Origin: Heteronotia binoei
Taxonomy: Eukaryota
Direction of reading: 5' to 3'
DNA: 64,000 nucleotides
Assembly: GCF_032191835.1 (NCBI RefSeq)
Contig: NC_083237.1
Span: 7,812,001 to 7,876,000 of the forward strand
Each line of letters opens with the position of its first letter. The first letter of the stretch is position 1. Shown piece by piece: positions 50,435 through 62,130 of this stretch. The translations under genes and the position numbers were made by a program. The notes under the pieces are model-generated. The model had not been told where the DNA came from. It was given only the letters and a program-made list of their open reading frames with translations, and made no database searches.

Positions 50435-50570
50435 CCCTGGAGCCGTTCCTGGCCATCCTGCCCCGGAGATGCAGCGCTGGGTCAGAGGGTGCGGGCCAGA
50501 AAACTGTTCCCTGATAGTAGCTGAAGGTTTCCTCTTGAGTCAGGCAGAGGAGACGAGGCAGGCAGGACAG
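50435..50570 (+). pseudogene. Second partial copy of the SCAN 3' half
   Basis: [36 protein letters not shown]; donor lost. Confidence 0.75.
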
Positions 50571-50625
50571 ATTTCCTCCAGTTGTGTCCAATTCAAGGCA
50601 AGAAAAAAAAAACATTTCTTCAAAA

Positions 50626-51100
50626 CGTAAGAACATAAGAGAAGCCATGTTGGATCAGGCCAATGGCCCATCCAGTCCAACACTGTGTGTCACACAGTGG
50701 CCAAAAAACCCCAAGTGCCATAAGGAAGTCCACCAGTGGGGCCAGGATGCTAGAAGCCCTCCCACTGTGCCCCCCCTCAAGCATCCAGAATACAGTGCAT
50801 CACTGCCCCACACAGAGAGTTCCAATGATAAGCTGTGGCTAATAGCCACTGATGGACCTCTGCTCCATATGCTTATCCAATCCTCTCTAGAAGCTGTCTG
50901 TGCTCGTAGCCGCCACCATGTCTTGTGGCAGTGAATTCCATGTGTTAATCGCCCTTTGGGTGAAGAAGTACTTCGTTTTATCCGTTCTAAGCCGACTGCT
51001 CAACGATTTCATTGAATGTCCACGAGTTCTCGTATTGTGAGAAAGGGAGAAAAGTACTTCTCTCTGTCTTCTGTATCCCATGCATAATCTTGTAAACCTC
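50626..51100 (-). mobile_element. CR1 3' fragment
   Basis: RTRGHSMKSLSSRLRTDKTKYFFTQRAINTWNSLP; AACATAAG tail. Confidence 0.82.
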
Positions 51101-51102
51101 GA

Positions 51103-51232
51103 TCAGTGTCGATGACTGGGGAAGGCAATGGCAAACCACCCCGTAAAAAGTCTGCCGTGAAAACGTGAAAGCAACGTCACCCCAGAGTTGGAAACGACTG
51201 GCGCTCGCACAGGGGACTCCCTTTACCGTTTT
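51103..51232 (+). mobile_element. Sauria SINE 3' fragment
   Basis: GGGGAAGGCAATGGCAAACCACCCC..CACAGGGGAC. Confidence 0.7.
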
Positions 51233-51854
51233 TTTGTCTAAGAAACGAAAGGCTGGGTTGTTTCCTAATTCTCTGCTTCCCTCCAGTGGACATATCGAAT
51301 ACTGTCACATTTTAAAGCTAACCTATATTGAACTGGATGGGAATAGAGGGTTTTAATCCATACGCAAACGTCATTTGCTCTTTCCATTTCCTCCTTTCCT
51401 GGCCCCTAACGGGAGATTGCACCTATGCTTGTGTACAGGGAGCAACCAACTTCTTTGCTTTTGCAAGGGACACTCTGGAAGCAAACGGTATCCTGGAGAA
51501 CAATAACCTGGCATCTTATGGTAGCAAAGTTTCTGCAAGGGGTATCTTCAAAAGCAGATATGGGTTGGGGGAGGGGCGATAGGAGCATTGATTTCTGCAG
51601 GGCAATGACCAAAAAATCTGGACTATGCCTGATAAATGGTAAATGTGTTCACGTCATGGGCCAGATCCACCCGGGCAGATAGAAAGCCAGGCTCTACAGC
51701 AGCCGGTCTTGTATCGTATCAAACTGCAGGCAAAATTTTGTAATGCTTTTTGCTCTTTCTTGATATGCAGGCTGCTCTTCTGCATGGTGCCCCCTGCAGC
51801 CACCTTGTGACTTTTTTCTAGAATGCAGCTGGATTTGTTCTTTGCCCTTAAAAA

Positions 51855-52146
51855 AAAAAAGGTAAAGGTAGTCCCCTGTGCAAGCACCAGTCGTTTCAAC
51901 TCTGGGGTGACATTGCTTTCACAATGTTTTCATGGCAGACTTTTTACGGGATGGTTTGCCATTGCCTTCCCAGTCATCTACACTTTCCCCCCAGCAAGCT
52001 GGGTACTCATTTTACCAACCTCGGAAGGATGGAAGGTTGAGTCAACCTTGGGCCGGCTACGTGAACCCGGGATCGAACTCAGATGGTGAGCAGAGAGCTT
52101 GGACGGCAGTACTGCTGCTTTACCACTCTGCGCCACAGGGCTCTTT
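51855..52146 (-). mobile_element. Sauria SINE
   Basis: Same core as 24300-24603. Confidence 0.85.
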
Positions 52147-52179
52147 CTCTTTGCCCTTTACCTCCTTTTAAGATCGAGG

Positions 52180-52385
52180 TGAGTGTGTTAGTCTGTCTGT
52201 AGCAATAGAAAAGAGCAAGAGTCTAGTAGCACACAAAAGTTGTGGCAGGGGAGGAACTGTTGTCAGTAACTGTATCTGAAGAAATAGAACGCAGTTTGTG
52301 TCCAGTGACACGGCACCTTTAAGACCAACAAATTTAATTCTAAGCATAAAGCTTTTGTGTGCACACACTTCTTCAGATATAGCAA
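52180..52385. mobile_element. Penelope-like terminal fragment (similar piece at ~21385-21480)
   Basis: GTGTTAGTCTG..AAGAGCAAGAGTC..GCACCTTTAAGACCAACAAATTT..AAGCTTT resembles reptile Penelope ends (recalled, not searched). Confidence 0.4.
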
Positions 52386-52676
52386 AACAGACTTCCACAA
52401 CCATTACATATAGTTGGAGTGTGGGGAGTGCTAGTTGCCAGGGTGGGCTAGTTAAGAGTCAAGTAACTGGGTGATAATAGCTATGACTGGATTAAGGCAG
52501 CTGGTACAACCTGTAAATTAGTAGCAAGTTAGCATACAAATACAAGATTATAGTTTATTATAGTAGTTCCAAGTGAGATAAGCCTTACAGGCAAAGCAGA
52601 ATTTCTATACCGTTGCTGCTAAGTCTGTCCTTGAGGACATCAATTACTAAATTTGTGATAGAACAAAGTTTAATGT

Positions 52677-52950
52677 AGTTTGGTGTAGTGGTTAAGTGTG
52701 TGGACTTTTATCTGGGAGAACCGGGTTTTGATTCTGCACTCCTCCACTTACAGCTGCTGGAATGGCCTTGGGTCAGCCATAGCTCTGGCAGAGGTTGTCC
52801 TTGAAAGGGCAGCTGCTGTGAGAGCCCTCTCAGCTCCACCCACCTCACAGGGTGACTGTTGTGGGGGGGAGAAGATACAGGGGATTGTAAGCCACTCTGA
52901 GTCTTTGATTCAGAGAGAAGGGCGGGGTATAAATCTGCAGTCTTCTTCTC
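52677..52950 (+). mobile_element. tRNA-derived SINE with L2-like tail (Squam3-like)
   Basis: TGGTGTAGTGGTTAAG A-box; CACCTCACAGGG core; GGGCGGGGTATAAAT tail. Confidence 0.7.
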
Positions 52951-54040
52951 TAAGTCCAGTTCTTCAGATACATTGAAACAGTCTTCCTCCCACATTGCAT
53001 ATAGGCAGGGGAGGGGTTAGTTGTCAGGAAGGACTAAGTAGAATCAAGAAACATTGCAATAAATATAGCTGATTGGGTAAATGCACTGGGTAGGATCCAT
53101 GGGTAGCATGGACGTTACCAGTAATGAGAGTGTGATAAGGCATGCCTGCAAAAAAACAGCTCGTACTGGTGTCCCCATTTGTGAGTAATTGATGATATTG
53201 GGAAACTGTGATACATTGATTGCTGCTAGAGTCTACAATTGAGAAAGGTGTGTCCCAAACCAGTATTGTGGACTACAGTTGTGCTACATTGCCACGTGGA
53301 TGGCTGTCTTCCCTGGATTCACATCAAGGATCAACGGATACTGAGGACTTGATTTACATACAAGAATTTTCTATGACATTGACTTTTGTTACACTTGGCT
53401 GTAAATTGGTGATGTATCTTTAAGAATATAGAGTGTTGTGCTACTCGGTTTTTCTTGGTGTTGCTAATCTATACTGAGTATCCATGGTTTGTTATATAAA
53501 TCCCCAGTTGGGAGCAGGGGGTCCCCTGGTTTGGAGGCCCTCCCCCCACTTCAGTGTCATCAGAGAGCGAGGCGGTGGGGGAGAGAAGGAAAGGAAAAAG
53601 TCTGCTGGGCACTCCATTATTCCCTATGGAGGCCAATTCCCATAGGGTATAATGGAAAATTGATTTGCAGATATCTGGGGCTAGGGGGGGGGAGCTATTT
53701 TTTGAGGTAGAGGCACCAAATTTTCAGCATAGCATCCGATGCCTCTCCTCAAAAAACCCTCCAAGTTTCAAAACGATTGGACCGGGGGGTCCAATTCTAT
53801 GAGCCCCAAAAGAAGGTGCACCTATCCATTATTTCCAGTGGATGGAAGGCATTTAAAAGGTGTGCGGTTCCTTTATATGTGATGGCCAGAACTCCCTTTA
53901 GAGTTCAGTCGTGCTTGTCACACCCTTGCTTCTGGTTCTGCCCCCAAAGTCTCCTGGGCCGGCTCCATCCCCCAAAGTCCTCAGGTATTTCTTGAATTAG
54001 ATCTGGCAAGCCTAGAAAATGCCCTAATAATACCCTGGAA

Positions 54041-54720
54041 GTGCAGCCTGTGCTGCGGGATCTGCATTGGCTGCCGGTTGTCTACCGTGTTCGCTATAAG
54101 GTGCTGGTTATCACCTTTAAAGCCCTATATGGCCGAGGACCTGCCTACCTACGGGACCGCCTCTCCCCATATATTCCCCAGAGAGCACTAAGATCCAGCT
54201 CCCAAAACCTTCTACAAATCCCTGGGCCAAAAGAGGCCAGACTTAAGATAACCCGGGAGCAAGCCTTTTCACTAATGGCCCCTCGTTGGTGGAACCAACT
54301 CCCAGAGATGGTGCGAGCCCTGCGGGATCTGAATCAGTTCCGCAGGGCTTGCAAAACCCATCTTTTTCAGCTCTCATTTGGAACAGGACCTGACCAAACT
54401 GACTAACTATCGTAATTTTAGCCACTTTATGTTGAAATTGGAACTGATGTATGACAATATGTAAACTATGACCGACAGAAATATAGCACCTATTTCTACC
54501 TACTTTATATTTTTATATCTTTTAATCTCCTATTCTCTTATTTTTATATTTTTAAACTTTATTAATTCATGTAATTGTATTATTTAAACCATTGCTGTCT
54601 ATTTTAACCGAATCATGCTTGTCATGTCTGTGAGCCGCCCTGAGCCCGCCTTCTGGTGGGGGAGGGCGGGATATAAAAATAAAATTTGCTTTGCTTTGCT
54701 TTGCTTGCTTTCCTATGCAA
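54041..54720 (+). mobile_element. L2-clade LINE 3' part
   Basis: PVLRDLHWLPVVYRVRYKVLVITFKALYG..RAFS-like..WWNQLP; 3' terminus with (TTTGC)n. Confidence 0.88.
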
Positions 54721-56849
54721 AAAGAGCACTTCTGCTAATGCATGTTTGAAATCATGGCACCATTGCCTTGAAACAATACTTTGCAGCAGGGGTTTTTTTT
54801 TGAGCAGGAACGCAGTTCCGGCCAGCTCAGTGTCAGGGTGTGTGGCCTAATACGCAAATGAATTCCTGCTGGGCTTTTTCTACAGAAAAGTCCCATGTGA
54901 AACAATGGTGACATCAGGGGTGTGTGGTCTAATATGCAAATGAGTTCCTGCTGGGCCTTTTCTACCAAAAAAGCCCTGCTTTACAGGATAACAGATCTTG
55001 TTTCCTGCTTGCAGGAAAGTTCAAGGGAGTTAACTTGTCACTTCCACCTTGCCTGGAGAAGCCTGCCCCCAGCTTAGAGGCCACACAATGCAGAATGTCT
55101 CGTGCCCTGCTTCCCTCTACACACTCCCTCTCAGAGTTCCTTGGATCATTACAGCACAGGTCTATGAGAGACTAATTCCAAACATGGCATTTCTACTAGA
55201 CAACAATCCAGAACGTTTCACCCTCCACAAAACCAGTCAAGGTTTATACATTTTCAGGGCCTTTTTTTGGTAGGGAAAAACCCAAGAGGAACTAATTTGC
55301 ATATTAGGCCACACCCCTGGTATCACCATTCACTACAATTTCTCCAGCAAGGGATCCTTTTTTAATCCTTTGCTGCCCTCATGTGGACATACTGAGTACT
55401 GCAGAACCTTCTTGTCAACCCATTTTACCTTAGCCTGCCCTGCTTTGGAATGGAGCCCTTGCTCAGTAGCTTCTTGGACCAAGTACACAGGAAAATGGCC
55501 TAATCCAGGGGTGTCAGACTCATTTGTTATGAGGGCCGGATCTGAAATAAATGAAGCCTTGTTGGGCCGAGCCATGTTGGACTGGGCCATGTGTACCTAT
55601 TTAAAATTAGGCAGCAGAGATATAAACTTTATAAAGGACACAGACAAACACAATTATTTTTTTTTAAAAAAACCCTTAAAACATGTTTAAAACATTAGCA
55701 CTTGTTGCTTTCTTTGTATTTCTCCCATGGGATCCAGGGAAGTGGGCAAAGGAAGCTCTGGCTCTTTCCTTCCTTCCCCAGGAGACCAGGAGGGGAGGAG
55801 CCTCAGCCAATAGAAGGAAGAGAGGCTTGGCTCAGTAGCTCTGCGTGTGATTGAGAGAGCTTGGCAAAGCAACCTCTGTTTCCCCCCCTTCCTCCCCAAG
55901 GGAGGAGCCTCAGCCACTGGAGAAAAAAGAGACTTTGCTCTGTAGCTCTTGTGCAATTGAGCAAGCCTAGCAAAGCAAGCTGTGATGCAGAAGGAAGCAA
56001 GAGAGAGGGAGAAGGAAACAGATGACAGCCAGTTGCTCAAGGGCCTGATAGAAGCCCTCCAAGGGCCTGATTTGGCCCCTGGGCTGCATGTTTGACACCC
56101 CTGCCCTAATGGCATCAAGGAAGGTCTCCCAAGCAAATGGGCACACACAGCACCCATGTCCTCAGGATACATTCTGGCAGCAGCAGAAATGTGACCCAGA
56201 ATGTATGCTCATTTTGCCAGCCAACAGTGCATGCTTGCATGTCTGGAATCTCAACACCCTCGAGTTGCAAAGATACTTTGCAGCCAGGATAACAGATCTC
56301 TGGACCAAGTAGCCATTTTCTGTCACCTGGGGAACAGGTCTAACTCTGGGAGATCAGACTGCAGGCCCCACTGGGAGGCTGACAGCCACCTAGGGTTGCA
56401 AAGTCCAACTCAAGAAATATCTGGGGACTTTAGGAGCGGAGCCAGGAGCAAGCTTGTGACAAGCATGATTGAACTCCAAAGGGAGTTTTGGCCATCACAT
56501 TTAAAAGGACCACACACCTTTTAAATGCCTTCCCTCCACTGGAAATAATGGATAGGGGCACCTTCTTTAGTGGCTCACAGAATTGGACCCCCTGGTCCAA
56601 TCTTTTTGAAAATTGGAAGATCTTTTGAGGAGAGGCATCGGATGCTATACTGCAAATTTGGTGCTTTTACCTCAAAAAACAGCTTCCCCTGAACCTGACT
56701 AATTCTCCGTTATATCCTATGGGAATTGGTCTCCATAGGGAATAATGGAGTGCTCAGCAGCCATTTTCCTACCCCCCCTTCTTATGACCTTGAAGCGGGG
56801 CGGGGGAGTACCTCGAGATTGCCAACCCAGATGGCCCGGTGATTTATTG

Positions 56850-57400
56850 ATTTTTAAATTTTCTTTCAGTCATTGGACCTCCTCTCTCATCACCTCAGTC
56901 TGACCTAGATCTTTCAACACCCCTCCCAAAATCAGTGGTTCTGGAGTGGGCAAGCACGTCTCATCTTCCACACTAAAGACAGAGGCAAAAAATGCATTCA
57001 GCTTCTCAGCCATTTCCCTGTCATCCTTCAGTAATCCTTTTACTCCTTGGCAGGGCCCCACTGCCTGGCAGGTTTCCTGCTTCTAATGTATTTGAAGAAA
57101 TTTTTATTGTTGGTCTTGGTTTTTTGCAATATGCTCATGAACCCCTTTTGCCTGCCTAATCACAGACTTGCATTTTACTTATCACAGCCTGTGCTCCTTT
57201 TTATTAGCCTCACTCAGACTAGCTTTCCAACACTTAAAGGAATCTTTCTTACCCTTTACAGATTTCATTATTTTATTTATTAATCATGCATGCCTTTTTC
57301 TATACCTATGTGTGGCTTTCCTAACCTGCAGTAAATATTTTTATCTGAGCCTCTAGGACTGTAATTTTAAATAGTCTCCAAGCTTACCCAAATGTTTTTG
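56850..57400 (-). mobile_element. CR1 internal fragment
   Basis: LKDDREMAEKLNAFFASVF motif. Confidence 0.7.
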
Positions 57401-57519
57401 ACATTTTTAAAAAAAAAAAAACACTTGACATCTTTCCACTGCTTTGTATAGTCTGTGATTGTCTTTTATGTGTGAAATAAGAGAAAACTTATTTTCACAG
57501 ACTAAATACTTCAATGGCT

Positions 57520-57794
57520 TCTACTTGTGTGGGTTCGTTGATGCTTTCGAAGACTGCCATGCTGTATGAATCTCTTCACTTTCCAGTCTGAGCACTCAAA
57601 AGGTTTCTCCTCTGTGTGGATTCTTTGATGCTGCTGAAGACTGGCTTCCTTGATGCGGCTAAAAATTGCCAAGTTGATTGACAGTGCAATCCTAAGAGCA
57701 CTTTCCTGGGAGTAAGCCCTATTGAATAGAACTTAGTAGAATTCAGAGTAGACCGGCTTAGGATTGCTCTCTAAATTTCTTCCAGTCTGAACAC
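57520..57794 (-). pseudogene. Decayed finger repeats downstream of the G5 stop
   Basis: Finger-like repeats interrupted by a hairpin MITE. Confidence 0.65.
57682..57771. mobile_element. 90-bp hairpin MITE inside a dead G5 finger
   Basis: GCAATCCTAAG..CTTAGGATTGC TIR; flanks TGA/TAA; absent at the paralogous G3 site near 31755. Confidence 0.7.
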
Positions 57795-59182
57795 TTACAA
57801 AGTTTCTCCCATGTGGGTTCTTTGATGATGTTGAAGATGGATACTCTGACTAAATCTCTTCCCACACTCTGAGCACTCAAAAGGTTTCTCCCCTGTATGG
57901 GTTCTTTGATGTTTTTGAAGATTGCCATTGGAACTGAACCTCTTCCCACACTGTGAGCACTCAAAAGGTTTCTCCCCTGTGTGGATTCTTCGATGCACCT
58001 GAAGATTGCCAAGAAGACTAAATCTTCTTCCACACTCTGAGCACTCAAAAGGTTTCTCCCCTGTGTGGGTTCTGTGATGATGCTTAAGCTTGCTACTGTC
58101 ACTGAATCTCTTCCCACACTCTGAGCACTGGAAAGGTTTCTCCGCTGTGTGAGTTCTTTGATGCTGTTGAAGATTGCAACTCTGACTGAATCTCTTCCCA
58201 CATTCTGAGCATTCAAAAGTTTTCTCCCCTGTGTGGGTTCTTTCGTGCAGTTGAAGCTTGCTACTGTCATTGAATCTCTTTCCACACACCAAGCACTCGA
58301 AAGGTTTCTCCCCTGTGTGGGTTCTTTGATGCACTTGAAGATTGCAAAGAAGACTAAATCTCTTCCCACACTCTGAGCACTCAAAAGGTTTCTCCCCTGT
58401 ATGGGTTCTTTGATGCACTTGAAGACTGCTACTCTGACTGAATCTCTTTCCACACACCAAACACTCAAAAGGTTTCTCTCCCGTGTGGGTTCTTTGATGC
58501 TCTCGAAGATTGCTACTGTAATTGAATTTTTTCCCACACTCCGAGCACTCAAAAGGTTTCTCTCCCGTGTGGGTTCTTTGATGCTGCTGAAGATTGCCAC
58601 TGTTACTGAATTTTTTCCCACACGCCAAGCACTCAAAAGGTTTCTCCCCTGTGTGGGTTCTTTGATGCTTTTGAAGATTGCTATTCCAACTGAATCTCTT
58701 CCCACACTCTGAGCACTCAAAAGGTTTCTCCCCTTTGTGGGTGCTTTGATGCTGCTGAAGTTGTCCAAGCTGATTAAATCTCTTTCCACACTCTGAGTCT
58801 CCAAAAGGTTTCCCCCCTGTGTGGGTTCTTTGGTGATGTAGAAGATGGCCATGCCTACTAAATTTCTTTTTACCTTCTAAGTATTCAAAAGGTTTTTCCA
58901 CTTTGTGAGGTTTTGGATGGTTTTCAAGAGTGTCATTCAAACTGAATTTCTTTCCATGGAAATGGACATTATATTGGGTTTGATCTGAAAAGTTCATTCC
59001 ATAGCACTCGTATGTTTCTTTCTCCATGTGAATGACTTTTTGGAAATCCCCCCCTTGGCTGCCTTTCTGACTCTTTGGTTTGCCTTGATGACAGAAGTTT
59101 CCTTTCACGTCTTCCTTTTGAACTTTATCTGGTGATTGCTGATGAAGTTCCTCACTCTCCTCACACTTCTGATCATCTTCTG
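57795..59182 (-). CDS. G5 zinc-finger exon: 11 canonical C2H2 fingers plus degenerate N-terminal fingers
   Basis: ORF 57795..59108 extends in frame to the acceptor ttccag|CAGAAG at 59182; ends MGETL*. Confidence 0.88.
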
Positions 59183-59190
59183 CTGGAATA

Positions 59191-59725
59191 ATAATAATAA
59201 TATTTTATTTGTATCCCACCCTCCCCGCCGAAGCAGGTTCAGCGTGGCTCAAATGGCATAACATAATATGCTACATTTCAACAGTTAAAACAAGATGTAA
59301 ACAAAACAATTTAGAAATCATAAATACATATTATTATCTTACATTAAAGCCAACTAATTAAAACCAACAGATTAGTTTGGTGCTAAAATCTCGGTGTTGT
59401 CCATCTTACAGTTATTCCGTGGTTACGGCTTTCTTCTACAGTAAATGACATAATAGGCAAAAGCCAGCTGGAAGAGGGTAGTCTTGCAGGCCCTGTGGAA
59501 CTGGGTAAGGCTCCGCAAGGCCTGCACCTCCTCTGGCAGCTGGTTCCACCAGTGGGTAGCTGTAAACGAGAAGGCCCTTTCCCTGGTGACTTTCAATTTG
59601 GCCTCCCTCGGCCTGGGGACTGCCAAAAGATTTTGAGAGCCAGATCGCAGTACCCTCTGAGGAATGTATGGGAAGAAAGGGTCCCTAAGGTAGGCAGGTC
59701 CTCGGCCATATAGGGCTTTAAAGGT
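59191..59725 (-). mobile_element. 5'-truncated L2 LINE inserted 8 nt upstream of the G5 ZF-exon start
   Basis: ORF 59423..59752 closely matches the 54041 family; (ATT)n tail; TSD GAATA at 59186-59190 and 59726-59730. Confidence 0.88.
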
Positions 59726-61539
59726 GAATAGAAAGAGGAATCCCGTCAGCAACTGGGAGGGCAGGTAGAATCCAAAGGCATCAATGTGACTGCTGTAGGA
59801 AAGGAGTGATGGCCCTTTGGCCTCATCCAGTACGGCTGACCTTAACTATCACTCCCCCTCCTCAGAATATCCAGTATTTAAGGATACAACAGCCCCTCAT
59901 GAGCCACAGCTGAACTCTTGCCCAGATGTCGCTCCTGAGCCTCCAGATTCCAGGCCCTAGAAGACCCTCCCATCCCCCCTCACCCAGTGGGCTTTATAAT
60001 TCTACCAAACTAACAGCTGCTTAGAAGTGAAGGAGAAATCACCAATGGCTGTTTTTTGCCAGTTCCCTTGACATAACCTTGAAGATAACCACTCTCAGCC
60101 AGCTTATTTTGGAAGGAAACATGCTTTTGGGATCCTCTTGAGAAACTCTCCAGCTTTTCTTTGGAGGCAAGGCCACTGTCGGTCTCCACCAAAGTCTCTC
60201 TTATTTTTCTGGTTTTTTTTGGGGGGGGGGAGAAGGGGAGAGGGGAATTCTTATATGGAGAAGGTAAGATATCCAAGCAAAAGTATAAACGTGTAAAAGG
60301 ATTAATGGTCAAGATCAAATCCCACAATCTGAACTAGTATAAGGGTGATGGATCCTAACCAGATCACAGTCAGAGTGGATGTTTGGAATCCCATCCAGGG
60401 GGGAAGGGTGTGTTGTAAAGGTTGGGCAACAGAGATTTTAAGATCTGGCCACTTAAAGAGACTTTCTGGCCATCTCTCATCCCCGCCCTCTCTGGCTTGG
60501 GAGACGGCCACAACCCTGGCCTGGGCAAGTAGAAGGACAGGTGTGAAAACAGTGTATTGATGTTCAGTATTTTGATTCATGCCTTATCCCAACGTTGGCA
60601 ATGCACACCTTTGGCATGGCTTCCCTGTACAGAGGTCTTTTCCCCAGAGGGGACTTAGAGCAAGGAGCTGCAAAGCAGAGAAGAGCGAGCTGTGAGGCTT
60701 GAAGAGGAGGTTCAGGTAAGGGTGCCAACCTCCCAGGGGGCCTTGGAGATCTCCCAGAATTCAAGCTGATCTTCAGCTGAGAGAGATCAGTTCCCCTGCA
60801 GAAAATGGCTGCTTTGCCCGGTGGACTCCATGGCAGGATACTCTAACCCTTTGCATGCTTATGACCCACCCCCCAAATCTTCAGGTATTTCCTGCCCAGA
60901 AGCTGGCAGCTCTAGGTGACTTGCCAAAAATGTGGCAGGCAAAAAGTAGTGGGGGAGGGTTTACAGAAAATGCATTTGGGGTTGAGGTGGGTCCTTGGGG
61001 CTCAGAGGACTTCCCAAGGTGGACGTCCTCCATGAGGTCGTCTGCTAGAAGGAACTGCCTACTGGTGAATCGACTGCGTGGGACAGGATGATCCTAAAAT
61101 GAATACTGGTCTTCCATCAGAACCACACCCTGTCCCACGGCACCACAGTGCTGTGGCTTTGAAAGTGAGTTTTATTTATTTTTTAGTCCTTTTAAATCCC
61201 ATCCTTCCTCCAAGGAACTGAGGGGGATGTGTGCAGGTCTCAGCTACTCCATGTTGCCCTTCCAGCAACCCTTTGAGGTAGGCCAGGCTAAGAGGGTGGC
61301 TTGCCTACTCTCATCCCACAAGCTTCATAGCACAGTCAGGTGTTCAAATGTGGCTCTCCCAGCTCCTCTCCCCTGCCACTGACCACGATACTACATGGCC
61401 TTCCCCAGCTCCACAGGTGCCACCAGAGAAGAATCACCTGAAGCGCTCAGTGGTTCAGCAAATGTAACCAACACAACTGATTTCTGTCAAGCTGATAAGG
61501 AAAGGCTCAGAAGAGAAAGGATCAAAACTGGGCAGAAGA

Positions 61540-62130
61540 GAAGCCTGTGCGCATGTCGGGGTTCAAAAAGCTGGCTTTCTATTGGATCATGAGAACCAAT
61601 CAAAATGGAGCTTGGAGCTGACTGGTTGCCCTGGAGTTTCCAATGGAGGATGAGAGATGTGCCTGCCACAAGACTGGAGGAGGCAAATGTTATCCTACTC
61701 TTCAAAAAGAGGAAGGATGACCCAGGGAACTACAGGCCAGTCAGCCTGACCTCTGTCCCAGGGAGGATACTGAAGCAGATTTTGAAGAGATCAGTCTGTG
61801 AGCAGACAACTTGGTGATAGTCGACATTGCCTACCTGGATTTCAGTAAAGCTTCTGACAGGTTTCCCATGATATTTTGATGGTTAAACTAAAGAACTGTG
61901 GACTGAACTCAGTTGGATTGGGAACTGGCTAGCGAGCCACACTGTAAGAGTAGCTGTCAATGGCATTTCATCTTTTTGGAGTGAAGTATACACTGGGGTG
62001 CCACAATGTCGAACATTTTAATAAATGATCTGGGGGTGGGGGGACCTCGTTAAATTTGTGGATGTCTCATTGAAGAAATTGGGAGGAGTTGTGAACACAC
62101 TGGAAGATAGAGGTAGATAAAGGCAAAATT
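61540..62130 (+). mobile_element. Decayed CR1, orthologous to 14150-14777 in G2
   Basis: RLEEANVILLFKKRKDDPGNYRPVSLTSVPGRIL; the flank 61400-61540 also matches 14060-14200. Confidence 0.8.

Noticed and set aside
51425-51682. ORF with FCRAMTKKSGLCLINGK, resembling a LINE endonuclease segment
   Set aside because: Match too short, with no other endonuclease motifs in frame
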